Notes: a model not told the origin generated them from the letters alone. Numbered from the whole stretch's first letter, positions 39,213 through 52,732 are shown. The stretch: DNA of 63,001 nt, filler included, from Octopus bimaculoides (GCF_001194135.2; 6 parts of 5 records of this genome joined end to end with filler, not necessarily neighbours in it), one strand, 5' to 3'. Translations and numbers: made by a program.

Positions 39213-42179
39213 GTTAGATAGCTGGATAGATAGATACATACATACACAGAGAAATAGCTTGCTAGATGGATGGATGGATGGGTTGATGGATGGAGAAATA
39301 GATAGACAAGCAGACAGATAGATAGACAGGCAGAGGGACAAGTAGATAGATAGATAGGCAGAGAGACAAGTAGATAGATAGATAGATGGATAGATGGATA
39401 GATAGATAATCTGCACATATAAATAAGATGGGGGAGATATAAGTTTTTATATTCTTAGAGGTTGTGGAACATGATTAGAATGTGCGCTGGGGTGGGCAGG
39501 TCATTTAAGTGTTTATATTTAACGCATTTATATCATATTCTAAATGTGTAAGCATGTGCATGAATATATATGTATCACTGTCTACATATGAGAGTGTGTC
39601 TATGTGTTTGCATATGTTAGTGTGCGTGGGGATTAGTATGAGTGTGTGTGTGTTCAGTTATGCATGAACAAGAGAGCACATGCACACTTTAAACATGCAT
39701 ATGTGCAAGTATATTTGAGTACGAGTGTGCTTGGTTCTACATATAAAGATTTGTATAACACTGTTCATCTAGGTGTGTACAATAATAACATACAGGCCAG
39801 TACATCCCAATGTATATAATGTGGAGTGTATATAATCTTATAGTGATATACGTTCATGTAATAAGACTAAGTACACCGTGTATGCTTGCGTGCATATATA
39901 AGTATACCGAGATCTGCTTGTACTGTGTAAACGTAGATTTAAATCAGTGAGTAGCATGTGATATAAAGACATTACTGAGAATGTATTTTTACTCAGAACA
40001 ACATTGAAATTCTAAAGAACACTTGTAATTTGTCTGAGATTGAGTTAAATGCAACACTTATGTAACGTAATCTGTTTATAACTAGAGTGCTTTGAGATAT
40101 GTAGACTATTAAACCTTTATCTTTTCAACTATTACTCTAAGCAACGACGATGACGACAATGATGATGACGATGTTATCTTTATTTGGTTTACAGATTAGA
40201 TTTTCAGCACTCTGCTGATTACATTCCTCTCCAATCGCATCACATATTCTCCATCATATATTCTCCAATCGCATCGCAACAGATATACTTGCCCAGAGTA
40301 TGAACTAGAAGGGATGAAAAAAAAAGGGGGGAAAATAACCCCAAAAAACAACCAATTTTTTTCATTGAATGGAATCAATAGGAGAATTCCTGAGAAGTCT
40401 GGAGATGTTTAATCTCATTCCAATAATATGCTGGGTTGTAAACGAGTGTCACTAACATACAAGCGGTGTCATTTGTTTACATTCTTCTGAGTAAAACGTG
40501 TCTGGCCATGTGGGAAAAATGACCTGACTTGGAAATAGGTGAGGGTTAGTGACAGGAAGGATATCAAGCTGTTAAAAAAGAAATCTGCTTCAATGAATTC
40601 TGTCTGATTCATTGAAGCATTGAAAATTGGATGTTAAAATAATGATATATATATATATACTCTTTTACTCTTTTACTCTTTTACTCTTTTACTCTTTTAC
40701 TTGTTCCAGTCTTTTGACTGTGGCCATGCTGGAGCACTGCCTTGAAGGGATTTAGTCAAACAAATTGACCCCAGGACATATTTTTTTAAAGCCTAGTACT
40801 TATTCTATCGCTCTCTTATGTCCAGCCACTAAGTTATGAGGATGTAAACACACCAACACCAGTTGTCAAGCAGTGATGGGAGGACAAACAGACACAAAGA
40901 CACACACACACACACATATATATATATATGATGGGCTTCTTTCAGTTTCCGTCTACCAAATCCACTCACAAGGCTTTGGTCATCCTGAGGCTATAGTAGA
41001 AAACACCTGCCCATGGTTCCACGCAGTGGGACTGAACCTGGAACCATGTGGTTGGGAAGTAAGCTTCTTACCACACAGCCATACCTATATATATATATAT
41101 TTATATCTTTTACTTTGTTTCAGTCATTAGACTGCAGCCATGCTGGAGCACCACCTTGAAGAATTTTTAGTCAAATGAATTGACTCTAGTACTTTTATTT
41201 TTAAACCTGATACTTATTCTATCAATCTCTTTTGTCAAACTACTCAGTTACGGGGACATAAACACACTAACATCAACTGTTAAGCAGTGAGGGGTGGGGA
41301 CAAACACAGGCACAAACACACACACAATATATATGCGATTAAGAAGTTTGCTTCCCAACTCCATGGTTCCCGGTTCAGTCCCACTGCTGCATGACACCAA
41401 AGCCTTCTGAGTAGATTTGATAAAAAGAAACTGAAGGAAATAACCTGTTGTATGTGTGTATGTGTATGTGTGTGTGTGTATGTGTGTGTGTCTTTTAGTC
41501 TTGATACAGCCTGGTATTTGTAAATGATTGCAATTGTCATACATGCAGTATCATTCATTTCCATTATTCTGCAAAAATATGTCAGACCCTTGGGAAATGT
41601 TACCTTGTTTCGAAACAGGTGAGAGTTGATGACAGGAAGCTTATCATGCTATCAAGGAAAAGTGAATTCTAAACAATGATGATGATATATATAACTTTAT
41701 ATGTAACAGCAACATTTGTAGTGTGCATGTGTGTGAATATATATATATATATAACAATAGTCTATCAATATATATACATATATGTTATAATGGTTTTTGT
41801 GATAGACACACACACACAGCAATCCGTGTGATATGTTCAACTAGTCCTTCCTCCCTTGTCGAGATGATGATGATAACTCTCCGCTGAGTAAACAAATAAA
41901 ATAAACTGTTCAGTGATTATAGTGTCCTCTCAGCATCACTCTCACCACCACCACTGCTGCCACCATCACCATCATCATCATCATCATCTTGATCATAGTG
42001 ACAAACAAGCAACAGGTGCTACTGCTCAGCATACTGCTAATTTACCAATGACGACACGTTTTATATTGACGTCATTGGAAATACTCTCTCCCTCTTTCCG
42101 CATCATCTTTATCTTCTTCATTACACCTCCTCCCCCTCCTTTTCCTTCTTCACATTTTCTTTCGTTATCATCTCTTTCT

Positions 42180-42670
42180 TTTCTTCTTTATATTCTCCTT
42201 CTTCCTTTTTCTTATCTTTCCACTTCTACATCTCCTTTCATATTTTGTTTAGCTTCTGCTTTTCTCTTTCAATTCTCCTTCCTTCAATAATTTCTCTTTC
42301 CTTCCTCATTCCTTCGATTCTCATACCTTCAACATTTTTTGTTCCTTTTTTTATTCCTTCGATAATCTCTTTCCTTCTTCATTCCTTTGAAATGACAATG
42401 TCTCATTCCATTCTCTTTCTTTCAACAATGCCTCTTTTCTTCCTTATTCCTTCAATAACTTCGCTTTCCTTTCTCCTTCATTTTCATTCCGTCAACAATT
42501 TCTTTTCTTCCTTATTCCTTCAACAACTCTTTCCTTTCTCCTTCATTTTCATTCCGTCAACAATTTCTTTTATTCCTTATTCCTTCAACAACTCTTTCCT
42601 TTCTCCTTCATTTTCATTCTTTCAACAATTTCTTTCCATCTTCATTCTTTCAACAATTTCTCATTCTTTT
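42180..42670. repeat. Degenerate pyrimidine-rich tandem repeat (TTCCTTCAACAA/TTCATTCC units)
   Basis: Recurrent CTCTTTCCTTTCTCCTTCATTTTCATTCCGTCAACAATTTC-type units, about 60 bp period in 42450-42660. Confidence 0.75.
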
Positions 42671-44205
42671 TGCCATCCTTCAGTGTCATCTCTGACTGGA
42701 TTTCATTTGAAAACTTAAAAAGAATATCTAAAAATCCCAAATCTGCATAATGGTTCTAAATTTATGACAGCCACTGTTTGCACACATACACACACACACA
42801 TGCACATACACATATGTATACACAAGTACATACACTTTCTTCTCTCTCCTCCTATTTCTTTAGTGTCATCTTCTTTGTCTCCAAAAATCTCTTTCTCTCT
42901 CACCATCTTCAACCTTGTCTTTAATAATAGCAAGAAGAAACAACTCTCCATCTTCTCTACTGTCAACAAGAAGAAAAACAACAACAACACTACAATACTG
43001 AAATATCTATTATCAATGTTTGTTTAGTGAAATATATAAAAAATAACAAACTCAGTTTTATAACTCAGTTTTATATTTACAATGCAGTTTTATAACTCAG
43101 TTTTATAACTCAGTTTTATATTTACAATGCAACTCTATAAATTCATATCTCCTTTAACTTGAATTAGTTACCAAAATAACCATTTCATAACTGCTAAGTA
43201 GAAGTTAATAATTCTATAAACTAGGATCAAAAAGCAGCAATGTAATCAATGTAAGATTCTTGAAGGAATCTTAGTGCTGTTGTTACACAAGTCAAGTCCT
43301 GGGCACCTGAAATTGGTGAAGCTCACCCCTCTCTAAGTCTGAATCCAGCCAGTTGCACAGAGAAACACAGTTAAAATGACAGAAAAAAATATATAGACAG
43401 GCAGACATCTTGCTAGCTAGCTAGATAGACAAATAGCTACACAACTAGACAGACAGATGAATAGATAGCTAGACAGATAGATAAATAGACAACTAGGTAG
43501 AAAGACAAATAAATAGACAGCTAGACAAATAGACAGACAGATAAATAGAAAGCTAGACAGATAGGCAGCTAGAAAGATAGACTAACATACAGTTAGAGGG
43601 AGAGGTGGGGAAATAAGGGGAGGAGAGAGAGGGAAAGGAGAGGGAGGAGAGAGGGAAGGAGAACAACAGGAAGGCAGAGAGGAAGAGAGGAGAAAGAGCA
43701 AGAAATAAGCTGATGCCAGTACTAAACTAGAGCTTTACTGACCCTGCACCTTAATAAAAAAAAAATAAAAAAGATAAAAGGCAGAGTTGACCTTTGCGAG
43801 ATTTGAACCTGGAGGAAACAAAGTTGGACAAAGTACCAAAAGGCATTCAATCCAATGCAAGTACACAAGGCTGATTTTTAATGCCACTTTCTGAAGCATT
43901 CACAATAAATGAAAGTAAATTTTCTGTAGACTTGACAGCACATTGTCTACCTCAGTTCATCATCACCACCACTATCATCTTCATTTAATGCCTACTGTTC
44001 CATGTGTAGGTCAGGCAGAATTTGTTGAGGAAGATGTTCTATGGTTGGATGCCCTTCCTGTCACCAACCCTTATCTGTTTCCAAGTAAGGTGATATTTCC
44101 CCAAAAGCCAGATGTGTTCACACAGAATATTGAAAATGAATGACATTCATTTACAGCAATCCTGCAAGTTCAGGACAAAGAAATGCAAACACACTCTCAC
44201 ACACA

Positions 44206-44250
<45 letters not shown>

Positions 44251-44560
44251 CAGGCTTCTTTCAGTTTCCATCTGCCAAATCTATTCACAAAGATTTGGCC
44301 AACTTGGGGCTATAGTAAAAGACACTTGCTTGCTCCATGTGCCATTCAATGGGACTGAAGCTGAAACCATGTCTGTGACTTACCACTGCACCAATAAAAG
44401 GTACTTGCTGAAAACATTTATCTCTATCTCAATGTATACCTACAGACAACAAGTGTCTTTTAACTTTAACTTGTTTCAGTCATTAGACTGTGGCCATGCT
44501 GGGGCACCACCTTGAAGAACTTTCAGTTGAATGAATTGACCCCACTACTTATTTTGTATA

Positions 44561-44778
44561 TACAAGAGAGTGCTGAAAACTTCCTGGCCTTAAGGGTATC
44601 GCGAAAGGCCTGGTTGGAGGCCCAACCTTCTGAGTTCTTTTACAGGGCTTAGAAAAACTGAAGGACCGCTGCAATAAGTGTGGATCTGAGAGAGAAATAT
44701 GTTGAATAAAATCATAATTAACTGATCCTCCTGCATTTTCTGCTACCCAAAACCAGGAACTTTTCAGCACACCCTTAT
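44561..44778. mobile_element. Mariner-type MITE of about 215 bp
   Basis: TIRs TACAAGAGAGTGCTGAAAACTTCCTGG versus (rc) TATAAGGGTGTGCTGAAAAGTTCCTGG in TA context. Confidence 0.8.
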
Positions 44779-44903
44779 ATATATAATAGGCTTCTTTAAG
44801 TTTCTGTTGACCAAATCCACTGAAGACTCAAGGTTTTGGTCTACCTGTGGCTATAGTAGAAGACACTTGCCCAAGGTGCCATGCAGTGGGACTGAACCTA
44901 GAA

Positions 44904-45111
44904 CCATGTGGTTGAGAAGCCATGTGGTTGAGAAGCCATGTGGTTGAGAAGCCATGTGGTTGAGAAGCCATGTGGTTGAGAAGCCATGTGGTTGAGAAGC
45001 CATGTGGTTGAGAAGCCATGTGGTTGAGAAGCCATGTGGTTGAGAAGCCATGTGGTTGAGAAGCCATGTGGTTGAGAAGCCATGTGGTTGAGAAGCCATG
45101 TGGTTGAGAAG
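44904..45111. repeat. Perfect 16-bp minisatellite (CCATGTGGTTGAGAAG) x13 inside a SINE head
   Basis: Units start at 44904 and recur every 16 nt to 45096; directly continuous with the SINE sequence GGGACTGAACCTAGAA. Confidence 0.97.
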
Positions 45112-45402
45112 CCAGAGCTTCATTAGGCAACCAATTCTGGTAACTGTACTTGTTCATCAGTTAAGATAAACTGATATGGTTTAAAATTTTATTTGGTCTA
45201 AACAAATTCATTAACATCATTAATAAAAATTCCAACACATGTCATTTAAATTGCTAGAAATAATAGCAAAATCTTACTCACATCTCATCTTATCATCATA
45301 AAGAGAGAAGACACATTGGCTGATGTAGGCCAAATATACAAGAAGATGGTGCCAAATAAAAAGCACCCAGGACACTCTGTGAAGTGGTTGGCATTAGGAA
45401 GG

Positions 45403-45762
45403 GTGTTATATGGACTGTTAGATATGTAATTCGTCTGACGTTCCGTGTGTCATGTGGTTCGTCTGAGTTCATTGTTTCATTGTTGTTGTCTTGTGGGACT
45501 GTCGTAGTAAAATGTCATTGATATATATATGGCGGACATGACTTTTGTCGACCCTAAACTTTTCATTGTGAGAGAGTGTTTCAAGTTTTGGAGTGATATG
45601 CAGGCGAAACTCTCCAGGAGCTGGCAGCACGTATACGCCAGGATGCAGCTACCTGTGATTTTCCAGCGATCACCAACCCACAGGATGAAGCTCTGAGACA
45701 GAGATTCATATGTTCGGTTAACAATGAAGCGGTTCTGAAGGCGCTTTTTACGATAAAAGACT
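45403..45762 (+). mobile_element. LTR retrotransposon 5' portion (possible LTR start and gag), truncated by a gap
   Basis: Starts TGTTATATGG; encodes LQELAARIRQDAATCDFPAITNPQDEALRQRFICSVNNEAVLKALFTIKD, resembling Gypsy gag. Confidence 0.7.
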
Positions 45763-47513
45763 NNNNNNNNNNNNNNNNNNNNNNNNNNNNNNNNNNNNNN
45801 NNNNNNTTAATTAATTAANNNNNNNNNNNNNNNNNNNNNNNNNNNNNNNNNNNNNNNNNNNNTTTTTATCCAATGAATAGCCCCCAGTACTTATTTATTT
45901 TAAGAGCCTGGTACGTTTTCTTTCGGTCACTTTTGTCGGACCGCTAATTTATGGAAGCGTAAGCACACGAAATCTGGCTGTCAGGTGGACAGACACGGAT
46001 ACGCATGCATATGCCCGCGCGCTTACACATACACTTACACACTCGCACACACAGCTGCATACATATACGGCTGCATTTGTAAGACTGTTTGATTTCAAAT
46101 TGAATCCCTGTTTGTTTAGTTCAGATTCGTGTGTGTGTGTGTGTGGGTGTGTGTGTGTGTGTGAATGTGTGTGCGTGTTTCTGTGTATATATGTTTGGTT
46201 GTTTGTGTGTATGTGGATGTGCGTTTGAATGTGTGTGTGTATGCTTATATGAATGGATAGGTTGAAGGAGGTAGAAATATGTGACTCGTGTCATGACAGA
46301 GAAACAAGAAAATAAAAATAAAAATTCAATGAAATTAATTTAGTAGGGTAATGTGTGAACTACAACGATTGCGTATGCGTGAAAATAAGATCCATTGGTA
46401 CTTAAAAGCTTCTTTTTCTTTTTATGCGACACGCTTGATTCTCAGAATTTTACTGTTCAACGTCTTCTAACACAGAATCAAGTTTTACGTCGTCTCGTTT
46501 TGCAAAATAAATCATTTATTTCTTTTCATCGCACGAAAACTTATTTTGTGCAGTTGTTTAGTATGGCTGTCCCTGTATTTCCCGTCCAGAATGAACTTTT
46601 GCTTAGATGTTCATGTGAAAAGAGTCCTCTATGATTATTTTTTTTATAGAATTTAATAAAGAAGACACAGTCGTATATGATAAAATTATAGTGACACATT
46701 ATCACACGTGATTTGCTCACTTTTAACCCGATGTCTCACGCATACCCTAATCCCGACAAAACATTTACACCTTGTAAAAAAAATTTGGTGTATAAGTTTA
46801 AAAGATTAAATTTCTAAGAAAAAAATACGGCACCTTCCATCGTGTTCCCTAGATATTTGTCTCTCCAAAAGGGCAACACTACTCGCGCTGAGTAGCGCTG
46901 TCTAATAGGCTATTACTTGTTATAGAACTGTCTGAATTAGAGGTAATGGCAATGTCCATTTCTAAGGTTTAAGAATACTTTTATTAAAATGATTTATGGT
47001 TGAATGTGAGAAAAATGAATTGAATATCATTTAGAGGTAGATATGAGATTAATATTCATAATGTTTTTTTAGAAATTGATCCGATGATGGATGTACTGAT
47101 TTTGCAGTAACTAGCAGTAGTCCATCTATACAATTGTCATTAAAGTGTTCTTGCCGCAAATTCACGAAGGATTATAGTACAGTTTACGGAAACAGATATA
47201 ATCGTGTCTTATGATATGTGACTGCATGTATATTTGCGCTCAAATATGTTAACGTAAACTGAAATAAATAAATGAATAAATAAACAAATAGATAAATAGA
47301 TAAATAAGTAAATAAAATTACTGACCGACTTTTAATATACATGTCACAGCAGCAATTTCATTATAGTTTCCCTCTTTGAAATCAAGAATATAAGGAAGTG
47401 ACACATTCTGCTCATGTCACTTGATAAAAGAAATTTTTCAAAATTTATATATTTGTATATAATATTTCTTAGACTCCTTGAAAATTGCTTAGGACAGTTA
47501 ATCTGTCAGTCTG

Positions 47514-47623
<110 letters not shown>

Positions 47624-47665
47624 ACGTACAGAAGTTCTGTAAATTTTAATCTGCAGAATTCTAGG

Positions 47666-47894
47666 CGGCGAGTTGGCAGAAATGTTAGCACGCCGGGCGA
47701 AATGCTTAGCAGTATTTCGTCCATCTTTGCGTTCTGAGTTCAAATTCCGCCGACGTCGACTTTGCCTTTCATCCTTTCGGGGTCGATGAATTAAATACCA
47801 GTTACGCACCGGAGGCGATGTAATTGACTTAATCCCTTTGTCTGTCCTTGTTTGTCCCCTCTATGTTTAGCCCCTTGAGGGTAATAAAGAAATA
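47666..47894 (+). mobile_element. Young full-length SINE family A with 11-bp direct repeat flanks
   Basis: AGAATTCTAGG at 47655-47665 and 47895-47905 (last bases may belong to the SINE start); intact CpGs and B box GAGTTCAAATTCC. Confidence 0.85.
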
Positions 47895-48476
47895 AGAATT
47901 CTAGGAGATACACATATAGACATGAATAAGAAATTCCATACTATATCTGCTTCAGGATTCTTCTAGATTCCTTTTTTAGATAACCTAACATAAAATAAAC
48001 AAAAGGCCTGGAAAGAAACAGTGGGTATTTATTTCCAGGAATGTAAATCCCGAGTACCTAGAGTTAATATGAGCGGGTGTAATTCTTTAATACGTTTTAA
48101 CCAAGAAGATACAATCATGCTGGGGTTGGAGTGCAAAAAGTGTATTATGCACCACAGGTATTACGATGATAAAAGTAAACAATTTCACTAGCGCAAAGAA
48201 AAAGAAAAAAATAGTAAATTCACTGATTTTAATCAGAAAAATGCAATTTCAAATACAGTACAAAAAGGTTAGTTTAGGATTTACAGTACATATGGAATAA
48301 TTGAATTAGAATTTATACAGAAAATTTGTAGAAAAATTTGAAATTCATTTTCTTCACTTGATATAACTTTTATTTAGATGTCCTGTCCTATTCTCCTTTA
48401 AGTATACACAAATCAAAATAGAACTTCACCACTAACTCGGACGTATTTATGTATATTATGTATGTGTGTACGAATG

Positions 48477-48508
<32 letters not shown>

Positions 48509-48552
48509 CATGTATGTATGTATGCATGTATGTATGTATGTATGTATGTATG

Positions 48553-48583
<31 letters not shown>

Positions 48584-48808
48584 GCAAGCATGCATGCATG
48601 CATGCATATATGCATAAAGATAAATTATATATATATATATATATNNNNNNNNNNNNNNNNNNNNNNNNNNNNNNNNNNNNNNNNNNNNTTAATTAATTAA
48701 NNNNNNNNNNNNNNNNNNNNNNNNNNNNNNNNNNNNNNNNNNNNTATAGTAATCGAATGTTTCTGCTGAACATCTGAGGCGAAACTAAGTTTTAAACAAT
48801 TTTTAAAT

Positions 48809-49045
48809 AGTAAAGATTATTTGCCAACTTAATATGGCAGTCCTGGTTTAGGACTAATGTTGCTGTAATTTAGCCCCAGAAGACATCGTCTTCAGCTGGC
48901 TATACGACACGATCTGTGTCATTATATTTTCTGTGTCCTTATATTGTCGTATAGCCAGCTGGATATGATGTCTCCTGGGGCTAAATTACAGCAACATTCG
49001 TCCTAAACCAGGACTGCCATGTTATGTTGGCAAACAATCTTTACT
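48809..49045. repeat. Long palindrome: two 101-nt arms with a 35-nt loop
   Basis: 48809-48909 versus rc of 48945-49045, 8 mismatches counted by eye. Confidence 0.92.
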
Positions 49046-49454
49046 CCAAAGTACTGTTGCTGAATATCTCTCGTTGTGAGATTTTAAAATAGTAATTTTC
49101 GAATTTTTAAATAGTTTTATCTCGAACAATTTCTAACTAATTTTTCTTATATTATGCGAAATGTTTCATTAATTATAATATACGTAATTGTATTCTACGT
49201 TCATAAATTTCATGTTTCGCTAACAATGTCCGCATGTATTAAATTTACAACAACTGATAAGAGTTTTTAAAAAATTGTTGAAAAGGCGCCAATTTTGAAA
49301 AACGTGCTGTGCGAAGCGGTCACTTCCCTTGTACTCTTATTAGCTACGCGTACGCCACCGCTGATCATTAGCTAACTCCATCCATCAGACTGACAATGCC
49401 TGTACATGTGCACAATGTGCCGCATGTCAGGTGTCGAAGTAATAGTAGAGAAAT

Positions 49455-49670
49455 GGTGGAGAAACTTCCTGTTTCTGTTGTGCCTGTAATTCAAAGGGTC
49501 AGCCTTGTCACACTGTGTCACGCTGAATATCCCCGAGAACTACATTAAGGGTACACGTGTCTGTGGAGTGCTCAACCACTTGCACGTTAATTTCACGAGC
49601 AGGCTGTTCCGTTGATCGGATCAACTGGAACCCTCGACGTCGTAAGCGACGGAGTGTCAACAACAACAAG
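49455..49670 (+). mobile_element. SINE tail module E (5'-truncated), (AAC)n end
   Basis: Reverse complement of 51750-51952. Confidence 0.85.
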
Positions 49671-50039
49671 TAGAGAAATGAAGTTTCTTGCTCAAGAAAA
49701 CAACGCTTCGCCCTGTTCGGGGATCGGAACCATGATCTAGCGATCGTGAGCGCAACATCGTTACCACTAGGCTGAGAAAATACTAGTGGAGGTCAATTCG
49801 CTGTCGGTAACGTTAGAGTATCATACCTTGTGGTATTTGTAGCTCTTCCTGAATTCGGATCCCGCCATGGCCTATTTGGATGGCAGACTTGATCAGTCAC
49901 ATAGTTTAACACCAACACCTGGCACTTTGGATACCTTTAGCAGAGAGACCTCTATTGCAATCATTTGGGAGACCCCTCTATTGCAATCATTAGGGACAGG
50001 CCGCCAGTTTGAAGATACCTTCCTCCCTCCATCTCAGTC

Positions 50040-50720
50040 TCCGAAAGGATGAAAAGCAAAGTCGACCTCGACTGAATTTGAACTTAGAATGTAAAGACGG
50101 ACGAAATACCGTTAAGCATTTTGTCCGGCGTGCTAATGATTCTGCAAGCTCGCTGCTTTTTCTCGTACCCTTAACGTAGTTCTCGAGGAGACTCAGCGAG
50201 ATATAGAATGTGACAAGGCTGGCTCAGTGAATTACAGGTACAGCTCTTATTTGTCACCCGAGTGGACTGGAGCAACGTGAAATAAAGAGTCTTGCTTAGG
50301 GATACAACAATTAATTACATACTCTTTTCTACTCTAGGCACAAGGCCCGAAATTTTGGGGGAGAGGGACAGTCAGTTAGATCAACCCCAGTAAGCAACTG
50401 GTACTTAATTTATTAACCCCGAAAGAATGAAAGGCAAAATCGACCTCGGCGGAATTTGAACTCAGAACATAGACGAAATATCGATAGACACTTCTCCTGG
50501 CGTGTTAACGTTTCTTATTTCTTTACTGCCCACAAGGGGCTAAACATAGAGGGGACAAACAAGGATTCAGTCGATTACTGGTACTTATTTCATCGACTCC
50601 GAAAGGATGAAAAGCAAAGTCGACCTCGGCGGAATTTGAACTCAGAACGTAGCGGCAGACGAAATACCGCTAAGCATTCCGCCCGGCGTGCTAACGTTTC
50701 TGCCAGTTCGCCGCCTTAAT
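50040..50720 (-). mobile_element. Cluster of three SINE family A copies plus a CORE-like fragment
   Basis: GAAAGGATGAAA.GCAAAGTCGACCTCG motif near 50045, 50425, 50603. Confidence 0.8.
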
Positions 50721-51749
50721 TAATTACTTATTAACAGCCTGACAATACCAACTTATTCTTACAGTTACACAAATGACTACATTCTCTGTCATATTAAAGT
50801 ACTCTTTTATACAACACAGCTTATTTTTCACATAACATTTCCAGCCTTAAATTTATTTTAGCATGAACATCTTTAAAATTATCGTTAAAGAAAATAAATC
50901 TAGAAAAATATTAAAATGTCGTCCCCGGAGGCGAAATTTATCCCCGATTGAAAGGCCTGCTTACTCTAGACATAATATATGTAACTGTTAAAGAAGTAAA
51001 GTTGTTACACAGACTTGTGCATTTTGGAGAGCAGTGTTTGCTGGAGATATAAACTGTGATTGTTTTGGTCTCGTATTTTGTGATTCCAGAAAGAAGAAAA
51101 AAAAATCTGTTTGGATTGAATTACGAGAAAACAGACGACCATTCTGTGTGTATGTATAACAGGATTTTGTTAGAGGGAAGGAAAGGAGTGAAGAAAATAA
51201 TAGTTGGAATTAGATTGCTTTGGGGAAATGAAGGGGAAATAAGGAGAAGAGGAGGGAGAGAGAGAGACAAACAGACAGACGAACAATTAGGCATAAAGAA
51301 AAAAATATGGAACGAAAGAAACTATATAAGACTAAAGAAAAATGGACGGAGTAAATAGTAGGAATTGTTTTTGATTGAGGCCCAAGGCCAGCAGTATTGA
51401 GAGTGGGGTGGGGGAGCGAATAGTCTTTCATACGGACCCGAGTATATTGCTTGTTCTTTATTTTATTGACCCAGGAGGGACGAAAGGCTAAGTTGGAGCC
51501 GACGGAATTTGAAGTAGGAACAACAGTGTTAAGTTATAATAATAATAATAGCAATTTTAGGGAGCAGTGGGTAAGTCGATTTATATCGATCCCCAATACT
51601 CAACTGATACTTATTTCATCGATTCCGGAGGACGAAACGCTAAGTCAGCCATGACGGCATTTGAAATATGATGATGACGATTTCTTTTCTTTGCCGTGGG
51701 GCATCAGATGAGAGATACATTACAAGGTCAGTTCACAAGTTATGTTATT

Positions 51750-52093
51750 GTTGTTGTTGGCACTCCGTCGCTTACGACGTCGAGGGTTCCAGTTGATCCG
51801 ATCAACGGAACAGCCTACTCGTGAAATTAACGTGCAAGTGGCTGAGCACTCCACAGACACGTGTACCCTTAACGTAGTTCTCAGGGATATTCAGCGTGAC
51901 ACAGTGTGACAAGGCTGACCCTTTGAATTACAGGCACAACAGAAACAGGAAGTAAGAATGAAAGTTGTGGTGGAAGAGTACAGCTTTAGGTGTTTTCGCT
52001 CAATAAACACTCACAACGCCCGGTCTGGGAATCGAAACCGTGATCCTATGACCGCGAGTCCGCTGCCCTAATCACTGGGCCATTGCACCTCCA
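51750..52093 (-). mobile_element. Young full-length tRNA-derived SINE with tail E
   Basis: Head GTGGAGGTGCAATGGCCCAGTGATTAGGGCAGCGG...GGTTTCGATTCCCAGACC; (AAC)n tail. Confidence 0.85.
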
Positions 52094-52701
52094 CAATTTA
52101 TGTCGGGTTTACATAAAAGATGAGGGTAAGAAAGGGAAAGGAGAGTGGGAAAATAACATAAAGTATATGTGTGGTAGGAAGTTTGCTTCCCAACCACATG
52201 GTTCCGGGTTCAGTTCCACTGCGTGGCACCTTGGGCTACTGTCTTCTACTATAGTCTCGGGCCGACAAAAGCTTTGTGAGTGGATTTGATTGNNNNNNNN
52301 NNNNNNNNNNNNNNNNNNNNNNNNNNNNNNNNNNNNTTAATTAATTAANNNNNNNNNNNNNNNNNNNNNNNNNNNNNNNNNNNNNNNNNNNNATTTTCAT
52401 ACACTGTTTTTAACAATTTCACCTTAATATCAGAGAATGTGTGACAATCAGTATGTAACACTACAAAGTTCATACAAAGCTTTATACTTTAAATATATTT
52501 TATCATCAAAGAATATATATATGCATTTTAATACTCAAACTGTTTTTTAACATTTTTTATTATTCTCAAAGACTTTTGATAATCTTTTTCTGAAAAAGTG
52601 AAACCGGTTAAGTAAATAAATATTTTTAAAAAATAAGTGCATTTTCAAACCTTCTTTCATATATATTTCCACTCGTACGGTATTCTACAACTTTACTTTA
52701 T

Positions 52702-52732
<31 letters not shown>

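Noticed and set aside
40196-40300. Acceptor-like ttctAG followed by a short open frame with an internal duplication
   Set aside because: Stops in all frames within about 35 codons and no donor
41913-42290. His-rich 125-aa ORF
   Set aside because: Derived from (CAT/CAC)n and a pyrimidine-rich repeat
42892-42947. 56-nt AG...GTGAGA segment reading REDGELFLLAIIKDKVED on the minus strand
   Set aside because: Short, ends in phase 1 (incompatible as the direct upstream partner of the phase-0 exon), no RIM-BP similarity recognised; cannot be fully excluded without RNA-seq
44904-45111. CRISPR-like array
   Set aside because: No spacers; a pure head-to-tail 16-mer in eukaryotic DNA with no cas genes
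46880-46962. Possible exon after cttAG (MDIAITSNSDSS...)
   Set aside because: In-frame TAG after about 26 codons, no good donor, no homology recognised
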